Below are positions 9,549 through 19,184 of a stretch of 64,000 nucleotides of DNA, piece by piece. This stretch comes from a virus. Lineage: Duplodnaviria > Caudoviricetes. The notes beneath the pieces were generated by a model. That model was not told the origin of the DNA and made no database searches. It saw only the letters and a list, made by a program, of their open reading frames with translations. Position 1 is the first letter of the stretch, and the number at the start of each line of letters is the position of its first letter. Position numbers and translations under genes: made by a program. The stretch spans positions 1 to 64,000 of IMG/VR virus record IMGVR_UViG_3300023060_000001. The stretch is one strand, 5' to 3'.

Positions 9549-9780
9549 GGATGGAGGTCATCCTTTTGAATGTTATAATGCGGAAGGTTGGTTGCAGAAT
9601 GGAAGTGCTTCTAGCTTATGGAATCTTTATGTGGATGTGATCATTGTACACAAAGCGGAAGAAAGCGGTGAGGATTATCACCACTTAGCAGAACATTCAT
9701 ATTATTTGTATGAGGGATTTACTTTGGAAGAGTTATTCACTTTGTGTGAAAGGTTGGGTATTGTTTTGGAAGAGGTGTAA
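9508..9780 (+). CDS. hypothetical protein
   Basis: AAGGAGG RBS. Confidence 0.7.
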   Translation: MHKTVYNYTDDSWWDGGHPFECYNAEGWLQNGSASSLWNLYVDVIIVHKAEESGEDYHHLAEHSYYLYEGFTLEELFTLCERLGIVLEEV

Positions 9781-9804
9781 CATTTTGAGGAAGAGTGATT
9801 AAAT

Positions 9805-10788
9805 TTGGGGAGAAGTGGTTTGGGTGATGATGGTTTATTTATTGGAGGGGTGGTAAATAATTGGAAAATACTTAAGAAATTGAAGGGTAAAATTCATTTT
9901 TGTAAGTGCATTCATTGTGGTATTGAACGTGAAGTCTTTAATAGTCAACTTAAAGATGTTACGATTGACCCAGAGAAAGCCAGATGCAGAAATTGCACTA
10001 AATTAAAAGTAGGTTCTGATTATACCACCAATAGAGGTTTTAAATACAAGATAAAAGAATATATATCAGCTAAAAAGGTTCTTATAAAATTTGAACCCGA
10101 TGATTTATGTCCTGAAGGTTATGAAAGATACGTAGCAAAATACTATGTAAAAGATGGGTGTATTGATTACCCTTTTGAAAGGTCTGTATCAGAAATTGGT
10201 TATATGGGATATCTTAGAAAGGATTTCAAAGCAAACCCACACATCTTTAGTCTATGGGATAAAATGATTAAAAGGTGTTATAATCCTACATTAAAAGATA
10301 AGTCTTACCTAAACTGTAATGTTTGTGAGGAGTGGCATAATTTCTATAATTTTCATAAATGGTATGAAATTCAGATGAACAATGGTTTTTATCAGAAAGG
10401 TTATCAATTAGATAAGGATATACTTAATCCTATGGCTAAAGAATACTCACCTGAAAACTGTAGACTTGTACCAGAGAGTATTAACTCTTTTACAAACAAC
10501 AACACTGATTCTAGGGATACTAAATTACCTTCAGGGGTAAGTTGGAAGGCTAAAAATAATAAATACCAAGTTTCTATAAAAAGTGGTCACAAGAGTAATA
10601 AATACTTAGGTTTGTTTACTTGTCCGAAAGAGGGTTATGAAATTTATAAATTAGAGAAGATTAAAGCAGGTTTAAAATTAGCTAATGAATGGGAAGGTTT
10701 GGTCGTACCAGATATAATAGCTATATTGAGAAACTATAAATGTCCTGAATGGGATTGGGTTAATAACAAATATTTAGTAGAGGAGTAA
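9805..10788 (+). CDS. free-standing homing endonuclease (HNH-like with C-terminal AP2-like domain)
   Basis: W..M..RCY, VCEEWHNF.NF, LDKDIL, YSPENC.LVP..IN, LPSGV, YLGLF motifs; TTG start; directly upstream of the primase-helicase. Confidence 0.8.
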   Translation: MGRSGLGDDGLFIGGVVNNWKILKKLKGKIHFCKCIHCGIEREVFNSQLKDVTIDPEKARCRNCTKLKVGSDYTTNRGFKYKIKEYISAKKVLIKFEPDDLCPEGYERYVAKYYVKDGCIDYPFERSVSEIGYMGYLRKDFKANPHIFSLWDKMIKRCYNPTLKDKSYLNCNVCEEWHNFYNFHKWYEIQMNNGFYQKGYQLDKDILNPMAKEYSPENCRLVPESINSFTNNNTDSRDTKLPSGVSWKAKNNKYQVSIKSGHKSNKYLGLFTCPKEGYEIYKLEKIKAGLKLANEWEGLVVPDIIAILRNYKCPEWDWVNNKYLVEE

Positions 10789-12827
10789 TGATGACTGAAG
10801 ATAGTTTTTTCATAAAGCATGAGTATTGTGTTGCTTCTGAGTTGAAAGATAAAGGTGTTAAAAGACCTGACGGAACTTCTTATAAGGACTGTTCTAGTAG
10901 TAATGCCTTGGCTTTGTATGAGCAAGATTTACCTGAAGGAAGTGTTAGTTACTCAGGGTTTTGTTTTAGTTGCAACCAAGCTGTACAGAATAAACAATTA
11001 TCATTATGTTCTCTATCAGAAGACTTAGGATTATCTAAAGAAGGTGTTGTAGTAGAGAAGAAGAAGTTTGAGAGGAAAGATAAAAAAGCTACTATAACAA
11101 AAGAAGAAATAAAAGAAGTTATTTCTTACGGATATGAAGGGATGGGTTACAGAGGAATAAAGGATGAGTTTAGAAAATTCTTTGGTCACGCAATAAAAGT
11201 AGATAAAGGAAAACCTGTGGCAGAGTGGTATCCTGAAACTAGAGATGGTAAGCTTACAGGTTATAAAAGCAGACATTTTCCTAAAAATTTCGGATACGAT
11301 AATAAGGGTTTAACTGGAGTAAAATCGGATTTAAGTGGTCAAGTTAAATTTAAGGATAAGAATTTCCGAGACATTCTTTTAGTCGGAGGAGAGCTTGATA
11401 AAGTATCTGCTTATCAGATGTGGGTAGAGAACCAAAGGATTAAATCAAAAAAGAAAGGTATATATGAAGATGAATATGACTACATGCCTGTTGTATCTGG
11501 TACTACAGGAGAAGGTAGCGTAGTAAACCAAATTAGAAACAACTATGATTTTATATGTTCTGCTGAAAATATTTATGTAGGTTTGGATAATGATGAAGCG
11601 GGTTTAGCTGCTATGGAGGATATCTGCTCAATTCTGCCAAAGGAAAAATTGAGAGTGATAAAATGGTCTAGAAAAGATCCTAACTCTTACATTAATAATC
11701 CTGAAGGAAAAGATTACTCTAAACAATTTATATCCGATTTTTTCGCGGCAAAGGACTATGAAGATAGTGGTATTTTCGCTTCAAGTGGCCTTATGCCTTA
11801 CATAAAAGATGCCCTAAAGTTAGATAGAATACCTCTCCCTGAGTACATGAGTGGTTTACAAGGTATGACAAAAGGCGCAGGATTGATAAAAAATCGTTTA
11901 TACAACCTTATAGGAATTACTAGTTGTGGTAAGAGTACTCACGTTAATGCAATGGTTCATCACTTTGCATTCTTACCTACAGAGAAGTGTGCGGTTATTT
12001 CCTTAGAAGCGACCAAAGGGGAGTATGGGGTAGATATTCTTTCTTTACATTTAGAGAAGAATTTGTATTGGGAGGAGGCAGATAATGTTATAGATTACTT
12101 AGATTCACCTACAGTAGTGGATAAAGCTAATGAGTTATTCATAGATGAGTATGGAGAAAGTAGGTTTTACGTAGTAGATGATAGGAAAGGTACTGTAGCT
12201 TCTTTAGAAAAACTATGTGAAACTTTGCGTAATAAATACGGAGTAACTTTGATAGTGATTGATGTTCTTACGGATCTACTACGAGTAACTAATAATGAAG
12301 AACAAGCTAAACATTTGAATTGGCAGAGTAACTTCGTTAAGAGTGGTGTGACCATTATCAATGTGCTGCATACTAGAAAGTTAGCTGCATCTTCGAATGG
12401 TGTTCCTGTGAAAGCAACTGAGTATGATGCACTTGGTAGTTCAATTTTTGTACAAAAGGCAGCTGGTAATATTATTATTAATCGTAATAAAGAGGCCCCA
12501 GAAGAAGATTGGATTGAAAAGAACACTACTTATGTGACTGTAGCTAAAATGAGACAAGGATCTACAGGCGATACAGTACCTTGGTTGTATGATCCTGATA
12601 CCAGAAAATCTTACGACAGAGATCTGTTTTTCAAAGAGAATCCTGAAAAACTTCCAGTAGGTTATGATTTAACTCTTAGTAGTTTTGATAGAGCATATTG
12701 GGAAGAAGGTGGCCGTGGTTGGGATGGGGTTTCTAGTGGTAACAATGGTTTTAAGATGTCAAAACCTAAGGAAAAACCTGTAGAACCCGATTGGGAAATT
12801 GATGTTGGTGGTGGTGTTAAGATTTAA
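10788..12827 (+). CDS. DNA primase-helicase (T7 gp4-like)
   Basis: N-terminal Zn-binding Cys motifs, TOPRIM GGELD and LDNDEAG, KDPN, Walker A GITSCGKST, SLE, VIDVL, HTRK, GSS..Q, KMR. Confidence 0.92.
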   Translation: MMTEDSFFIKHEYCVASELKDKGVKRPDGTSYKDCSSSNALALYEQDLPEGSVSYSGFCFSCNQAVQNKQLSLCSLSEDLGLSKEGVVVEKKKFERKDKKATITKEEIKEVISYGYEGMGYRGIKDEFRKFFGHAIKVDKGKPVAEWYPETRDGKLTGYKSRHFPKNFGYDNKGLTGVKSDLSGQVKFKDKNFRDILLVGGELDKVSAYQMWVENQRIKSKKKGIYEDEYDYMPVVSGTTGEGSVVNQIRNNYDFICSAENIYVGLDNDEAGLAAMEDICSILPKEKLRVIKWSRKDPNSYINNPEGKDYSKQFISDFFAAKDYEDSGIFASSGLMPYIKDALKLDRIPLPEYMSGLQGMTKGAGLIKNRLYNLIGITSCGKSTHVNAMVHHFAFLPTEKCAVISLEATKGEYGVDILSLHLEKNLYWEEADNVIDYLDSPTVVDKANELFIDEYGESRFYVVDDRKGTVASLEKLCETLRNKYGVTLIVIDVLTDLLRVTNNEEQAKHLNWQSNFVKSGVTIINVLHTRKLAASSNGVPVKATEYDALGSSIFVQKAAGNIIINRNKEAPEEDWIEKNTTYVTVAKMRQGSTGDTVPWLYDPDTRKSYDRDLFFKENPEKLPVGYDLTLSSFDRAYWEEGGRGWDGVSSGNNGFKMSKPKEKPVEPDWEIDVGGGVKI

Positions 12828-12871
12828 TATCACCTTTTTAAGTTAACTCTAATGAATTTATAGGAGAAATA

Positions 12872-15712
12872 ATGCAAGCAGAGTTTTTAAAAGATAAAAG
12901 TAAGTATACAGACAGAGTACTTCACTCTGACATAGAGGGTCGTGGTTTTCTAGATGTTATAAAATCAGACAAAGATGTTTGGTGTTTAGTATCAAGGGAT
13001 GATGAAACAGATGAAGTATTTATATTTCATGATTACCCTGAGTTTGATAATGCAGAAGTTTTTGACCAAGGAGAGAAACATATCATACCTCCACGGACAG
13101 GGACTCTTTTAGATGGGGTTAGATTTTGGTACTTGGCAGGTAAGAACGGTAGTAAACTTTCGGTACACAACTGCTTCACATACGATAAGCCTTTGGTTGA
13201 AAAGATCTGGCCTAAATGCACAATTGAAGATGATGTGTGGGTAGATACCTTTATACAAAGTAAAATACAGTATTTTGATAGACCTCAGCGTAAAGGTGCT
13301 AAATCTCCGCATGGTTTGTTAAACTACTCTTTGATGGAAGGCAATAAGAAGCCAGAAGTTGAAGACTTTAGTATAATGAATGCTTTCATGTTACATCGTT
13401 GTATCATAGATACAAAAACTCAAAAATTTGCATACAATTATCTCAAGAAAGAAAGAGAGATGTTAAAAAGTAAATTAGGTATTTGTATGGAAGATGCTTA
13501 CACTATGGAGGTGCAGTATACAAAAACATGTCACGAACAAGAACAATATGGTGCAAAGGTTGATGTGCCTCACATTAAAAAATGTGTAGAATATTTAGAT
13601 AAAACAACAGAAGAATTGGCAAGAGATATTACACCTAAGCTACCTCCTACTATAAAAGTTTCTGGAGGTAAAGTATCTCGTGTAGAAATGGCTGGTTTAT
13701 TTGGTTACGACACTTCTAGTATGAAAGATGCTATGGAAATGGTTAAGAAAGATGGGGAAATGGTTTCTCAACCAGTTAAACCTTATTACAAACCTACAAC
13801 CAATTTTCATACTGTTAAAAAAGTTAATCAATACTCAGGTTTTAATATTTCCTATGGGTATAGCCCTAAGTTCACTAAAAAGAATGACTTAACTAAATGG
13901 ATTAAATCTCAACACCCCAAAGGAGATGCTGCAAAAGTAAAAGAGTTATCAGACTTCGTAAAAGAGTGGGAAATCGAGAAAAACATTGAAGAAACTAAAC
14001 TTTTAAATAAAAACACTTGTGACTATTTTGAAGTAGATCCAGAAGATACAGATATTATTGCAGGTGCTCATACTAAAATTAAATTTGTAGAAAGCTCCTT
14101 AACTCAACATGAAGTGGTTAAAGGGTATCTTATTAAGGAAGGTATCAGGTTTGCGGAAGAGTGGAATCTTAAAAAGGATGGTGACGGTCAGATCATAAAA
14201 GCTGATTTTGATACTGAGGTACGATATCCCCCTAAAGCTAGACCAGACCATCAAATGGTGATGAAAATTAAAAAAGGAGATGCCTTAGTAACATCTCCTA
14301 AGTTTGGTGAAAAAGAGTATGACCAGTTAGAATCAGAAGATGGTAAGAATGTAGGTAAGTATAACACTTTGGTACATAGAAGGCGCTATCTTGAGAATTA
14401 TAAGGAGCCAGAAAACAAAGGACTTTTGTCTTATGTTAGAGAAGATGGTAGAGTTGGTGCTGGGGTGAACAACTTTAACACTGCAACGGGTCGCGCATCG
14501 CATAGAATTATAGTAAATTTGCCCGCAGATGGTGCTGTTTTTGGTAAGGAAATGCGTCAATGTGTTGTTGCTGATGAAGGTAAAGAACTTGTAGGTATTG
14601 ACCAAAAATCAAGTCAGCTTTCCATCTGTGCTTTTGTTACCAATAATACCGATTATTATGAGGCAGTAGCAACAGGGGTTGAGTTTGAAAATGATGAAAA
14701 AGGTGAACCTATTTATCATGGATCTAGTGCTCACTGTGTTAACTCAAGATACTTCAACTTAGTAACAAAAGAAGAATGGGAAGAGGCAGTAAGAACACAA
14801 AACCCAGATTTAATACATGATATTGTTCTTAAACGTAAAAAATCTAAAGGTTTGAGTTTTGCCTCACTATTCGGTTGTGGTCCTGCTAAATTAGCATTAA
14901 TGGGGGGTTTTGAAGTTCCAGAAGCCAAAAATAAACTACAAGCTTTCTTGGATAATATGGGTTTATCTGAGGTAATAAAATTTCTAGAAGTATGTAGGGA
15001 AAAGTATAAAAGAGGTAAAGGTTTTTATATCCCAACAGGATTTGGTTATTGGGTTTATTGTGGAGGTGTACATAAATCCACCAACTACCTGATCCAGTCG
15101 CTAGAAGGAGTGGTTCAAAAGAAAGCAGTTGAAATAATGAAACAGATGTTTATAGAAAAAGGTTATTGGGGAAAAAGCGTTAATAAAATACTTGATATGC
15201 ATAAATATTGTGCCTTCTAATCGTAAGGTTAGTCGAATAACTCCGTTAATTACTGGAAACCTTAACTAGGTGTGTTAATATTATCGTGAGATAAGTTTAA
15301 TATGTTTGTAGAAGGTGATCAGAAGCCACACTGTGTTTGCAGTAGGTTCAGAGACTATCGAAAGCGTATGTATCAATGGAAGATACCATATACAGTGAGT
15401 AGAGTAGGGTTCAAGCGAATTCGAAAATGGAGCATCTTAGGTAAGATGATTATATAGTCCGACTCTGTTAGAAATAACAGGAGATGTAGCGAGTCTCATA
15501 AGTAGGTGGATGAAGTATTATTAGAAGTAGATAAAGGTATGGGTGTTGAAGTAGGTAAAATGGCTTGTGAAGCTTATACTCAAGCTGGTGTGGAATTAAA
15601 TAAATGGTATAAAGATAATTTACACTTATATCCTGCAGGGGGTACACCTAAGATTATATGTGATTTTGCAGGTGGTTATGCTGTTGGATCAGATTACGCA
15701 AGTTGCCATTGA
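12872..15712 (+). CDS. polA: family A DNA polymerase; spliced join(12872..15202,15509..15712), 844 aa
   Basis: Exonuclease motifs DIE and HN...YD; TGR; motif A GIDQKSSQL; motif B RKKSKGLSF..LFG; N..IQS; motif C DMH|DE is restored by removing the intron. Confidence 0.93.
15203..15508 (+). mobile_element. ORF-less group I intron (306 nt) in polymerase motif C
   Basis: P1 GCAU/GUGC with U.G at the 5' splice site; P7 elements GUUCAGAGACUA and UAUAGUCC; terminal G; splicing restores HDE in frame. Confidence 0.93.
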
Positions 15713-15725
15713 TAAAGGGGCTTTT

Positions 15726-16379
15726 ATGAAGTACGAAGAAATAGATTGGACTGACTTAAATAAGTACCAGTATATGTTAGAATTACCTAATGAAGTGTGG
15801 GTTGATAGCATTACAATTAATACTTATTTTGTTTGTGACAGTACGATATATCAGGTAAGTAATTATGGTAGATGTAGACATACAGGGAAGTTACGAGGTG
15901 CTACAAATTTTATGTACCCTCCTAAAGTTTTCCGTATAACAGATAATGGCAACGGTTATAAGAAAGTAGCTTTAAATTATAACAGTGCCATAAAAAACTT
16001 CTACCTGCACAGGTTGATAGCAAGTGCCTTCTTACCTAACCCCGACAACAAACCGCAGGTTAATCACAAAACTACAGGTCTAGGTAAGTTTGATAATAGA
16101 GTAGAACATTTAGAATGGTGTACAGAAAAACATAATATAACAGACGCTCATAAAAACGGACAGATGCGCAACCGTAGTGAACTAAATACCACTACAAAGC
16201 ACTCTGACGAGTATATAGCGGATATGTATAGAAGATATAAAGACACAGGTAAGGTTGGAGAAACAGCCAGAGAATTTGGTGTGCCAAGAACTACATTATC
16301 CTCTATAGTTAACAAAAGATCTAGAACAACAGTTACAGATCCTATAGATGTGTACTATGAAACTATAGGTAAACAATAA
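15726..16379 (+). CDS. free-standing NUMOD4-HNH homing endonuclease with C-terminal HTH
   Basis: YQVSNYGR, HRLIASAFLPN, VNHK...DNRVEHLEWCT..N..DA. Confidence 0.88.
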   Translation: MKYEEIDWTDLNKYQYMLELPNEVWVDSITINTYFVCDSTIYQVSNYGRCRHTGKLRGATNFMYPPKVFRITDNGNGYKKVALNYNSAIKNFYLHRLIASAFLPNPDNKPQVNHKTTGLGKFDNRVEHLEWCTEKHNITDAHKNGQMRNRSELNTTTKHSDEYIADMYRRYKDTGKVGETAREFGVPRTTLSSIVNKRSRTTVTDPIDVYYETIGKQ

Positions 16380-16496
16380 CCCAACCAAAAAGCCCTCCAA
16401 CGAGGGCACCCCCCTCCCTAAATTAATTCCACTTTATTTCAAATTTCCCCTTGACACCATCCCACCTTTCCCCTAATATATCTCCTATCGAAACAA

Positions 16497-16739
16497 ATGG
16501 AGAAACTTTTCATGAAAACACTATTCCTACTCAAAAGGAACACACCCTTAGCACAAAAGGTGATCACTTATCACAAATGGAAATACTCTGGTAAAAGGTG
16601 GATATCCTTTATAGCAATGATGTCCAATGGGGTGCTAAAGGTACAATCCACTAGAGGAAAAGGTGACCACTTTCATGAATGGGTTTCACCTCGCACAATG
16701 AACCTTGAGTTAAGGGAGAATAATTTAATCCAAAACTAA
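16497..16739 (+). CDS. hypothetical protein
   Basis: Follows a TTGACA..TAATAT promoter; likely start is MKTL after GGAG. Confidence 0.6.
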   Translation: MEKLFMKTLFLLKRNTPLAQKVITYHKWKYSGKRWISFIAMMSNGVLKVQSTRGKGDHFHEWVSPRTMNLELRENNLIQN

Positions 16740-16821
16740 CCCTTGACAAAATATTCTATTTTGCTAAGATAACCTTGTAAACAAATGAACAACTTTTAAA
16801 ATTAACTATTGGAGAAGTATC

Positions 16822-17049
16822 ATGAAATTCAAACTAACACCACCACCTTCCACGGATGCAGGCACATATTGCGGAATTGATAAAGAATCTTTCCAATGGG
16901 ACACTCCTGTAGAAGGTGTATACCAATGTCCTAAGAGGAAAGGGATTCTCATATTAGGAGAAGAATTTATCCGCTTGGGTGGCTGTCCTACCATGTTTAA
17001 AAGTGGAATCCCTTACATATGGGGATGTTTTGAGGAAGTGGAGGAATAA
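16822..17049 (+). CDS. hypothetical protein
   Basis: Own promoter (TTGACA at 16743) and GGAG RBS. Confidence 0.6.
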   Translation: MKFKLTPPPSTDAGTYCGIDKESFQWDTPVEGVYQCPKRKGILILGEEFIRLGGCPTMFKSGIPYIWGCFEEVEE

Positions 17050-17051
17050 TT

Positions 17052-17399
17052 ATGAAAGCTATTTACAAATACCAATTACCTTTTATGGAACGCCCTGTAG
17101 TATCTATGCCAGAAGGTGCAAACATTATACGTATTGATGGGTTAGATGGTGCTTTGTGGATGTGGGCTATTGTTGACACAGAAGCACCTCTTGTGGATAG
17201 AGAATTCTCTTTGTTCAAAACAGGAGGAGAAATGCCAGATAATATCTCAGAATATAGTTACCTTGGATGTGGTGCCATCTTTGTTCAAATGGAGCTTATG
17301 ATGTATGTATTCGAAAAGAACTCATATACCCCTAAGAAGTCAATCCCTGTGGTAAATGATTTCGATTGGAAAAAGGTTCAGGAGAAAATTGATGGATAA
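17052..17399 (+). CDS. conserved phage protein
   Basis: IYKY.L...MP.GA...WA.VD...TG...YLG...VFE pattern. Confidence 0.7.
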   Translation: MKAIYKYQLPFMERPVVSMPEGANIIRIDGLDGALWMWAIVDTEAPLVDREFSLFKTGGEMPDNISEYSYLGCGAIFVQMELMMYVFEKNSYTPKKSIPVVNDFDWKKVQEKIDG

Positions 17400-18024
17400 C
17401 TTCCTAGAAGTGTACGGAGACCTACCAGAAGATTTAGGACTTGTTGACATAGATGTATCCGATGCTGAAATGTGTTTTGTCCAATACCTTCCAGTAAGAC
17501 TACCTATGCAAAAAGTATCTCATGTTTTACCAGATAATTTACAATGGTGTTCCAAGTTGATAACTCTAGCTTCAATAAAAGAATCCTTATACAAAGGTAA
17601 CCATTGGAAATATGTTTACCTCACTGTAAAACGTGTTTATGGAAGTGGTAATCGCTCTGGGTGGCATTGTGATGGTTTTGGTACAGATGATATCAATTAC
17701 ATATGGTATGACTCTCATCCAACAGAGTTCTTCCCTTTGGAAATGAAATTATCCCATTGCCATCATAAATCTATGGAAGAAATGAATACTCTTATTGATG
17801 AAAAGTGTTCATTCACCACGTATGATTGTAAGCACCTTCTTAGAATGGATCAATCCTCTATCCACAGAGTTAATCCTATTGAGTGTAAGAGGTTGAGGAC
17901 TTTTGTGAAGATTAGTTTTAGCAATCATAAATACAATCTAAAAGGTAATGCCCACAATCACAAATTAGATTACAATTGGGAGATGGTTGAACGTGACGAA
18001 AAACGTAATCACCCTTCTAAATAA
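17392..18024 (+). CDS. 2OG-Fe(II) dioxygenase-like protein
   Basis: WHCDG (HxD), distal IHR, and RxRxFxxxS; likely start is MDNF. Confidence 0.65.
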   Translation: MDNFLEVYGDLPEDLGLVDIDVSDAEMCFVQYLPVRLPMQKVSHVLPDNLQWCSKLITLASIKESLYKGNHWKYVYLTVKRVYGSGNRSGWHCDGFGTDDINYIWYDSHPTEFFPLEMKLSHCHHKSMEEMNTLIDEKCSFTTYDCKHLLRMDQSSIHRVNPIECKRLRTFVKISFSNHKYNLKGNAHNHKLDYNWEMVERDEKRNHPSK

Positions 18025-18112
18025 ATATTAAAACTTTTGTTGACTCTGTATCCCGTTGTGCTAATATTACCTTATTCCAACGGGGAATATAATTTTAAAA
18101 AGGAAACCTAAT

Positions 18113-18514
18113 ATGAATATTTCACAACACTTTGGCAAATTTACCAACTTACCACAAGCATCCCGCACAAGCTTATTAGCTATTGCAGATGGACACTTTC
18201 ATTCAATTGATAACACTACTGGTCATGAAGTGTTTGCCATAAATAGAGGACTTGCACACTGGTTGTTACACAATTGTGAACATGAAGTTCCTCCTTTAGA
18301 AAAGGGTCGTTCTGCAAGTATTCTTGCTCATCAATATTCCACTTCTGGTGCAAAAACCTCTTGGCCTAAGAAACCAATTGTGATAAACTGTGATGAAGCT
18401 CGTATCGAAGATGGAGTGACACGATTGTACGCAATTGCTTATGCACAAACCAAAGGGGTATGTATGCCTGTTGTGTTCAAAACTGAAATTAATGATGAAG
18501 AAGAAGGAGAATAA
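18113..18514 (+). CDS. ParB/Srx-like degenerate protein
   Basis: PIVIN...IEDGVTRLYAI resembles the DGxHRL motif; own promoter at 18040. Confidence 0.5.
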   Translation: MNISQHFGKFTNLPQASRTSLLAIADGHFHSIDNTTGHEVFAINRGLAHWLLHNCEHEVPPLEKGRSASILAHQYSTSGAKTSWPKKPIVINCDEARIEDGVTRLYAIAYAQTKGVCMPVVFKTEINDEEEGE

Positions 18515-18515
18515 C

Positions 18516-18824
18516 ATGTGTAAAAAGGATCAATGTCAGCAAAAGTGTAAATCTTGTATCAAAAACTACACTGATGCAGATGCACCAATTAAACAATATA
18601 ATATAACTTTAGAAGAGGATCACCCTGCTATGAATTGGAAAGAACAACAGCGGCACGAGGATATTATTCTTGAAATTGAAACTTTGTGCAAAGGTATCAC
18701 CTCTGTGGAGAAGGATAAGCGCCTAAAGGAAGTGTCTCAGCTTATTAAAGAGTTGCAGGATACATTGGCTTATGCTGCTAAGATTGGTGTTGTCACAGAC
18801 GCTTACAAACACTTTGTACGATAG
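18516..18824 (+). CDS. hypothetical protein
   Basis: Start is MCKK after AAGGAG. Confidence 0.6.
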   Translation: MCKKDQCQQKCKSCIKNYTDADAPIKQYNITLEEDHPAMNWKEQQRHEDIILEIETLCKGITSVEKDKRLKEVSQLIKELQDTLAYAAKIGVVTDAYKHFVR

Positions 18825-18834
18825 GGGGATTATT

Positions 18835-18993
18835 ATGAAAGAAGATAAAGTAATTTCTGGGTTGCTTATGACAGTGGGGGCGGGACTTATGTTGGCGAGT
18901 TACACTGGGATAACATCCACATCTATATTAACAGGAGTTCTAGTGTTCAGTGCAGGTAGTATCAGCTTACTACTTAGCAAACCTAGTAAATAA
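18835..18993 (+). CDS. small 2-TM membrane protein
   Basis: MKEDK start after GGGGA; two hydrophobic helices. Confidence 0.55.
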   Translation: MKEDKVISGLLMTVGAGLMLASYTGITSTSILTGVLVFSAGSISLLLSKPSK

Positions 18994-18999
18994 TACCTA

Positions 19000-19027
19000 T
19001 TGACAACAACCCCGATTATGTTACAAT
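19000..19027 (+). promoter_or_regulatory. sigma70-type promoter for SSB
   Basis: TTGACA-N16-TACAAT with extended TG. Confidence 0.65.
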
Positions 19028-19184
19028 GTAACAATATAGAATAAACAAGCACCTTAACGGAATGCAATATTCCCAAAAAGCTACGAGGGTGGCAAGGAGA
19101 GAACCTTTTAAATCAAACGGCATTTTCGCCAATTAATAAAACATTTTAGGCCAATTGGACATTTTTAATAAGGAATACATATTT

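Noticed and set aside
15506-15712. Independent 68-aa gene
   Set aside because: It is polymerase exon 2; the GTG is the 3' end of the intron
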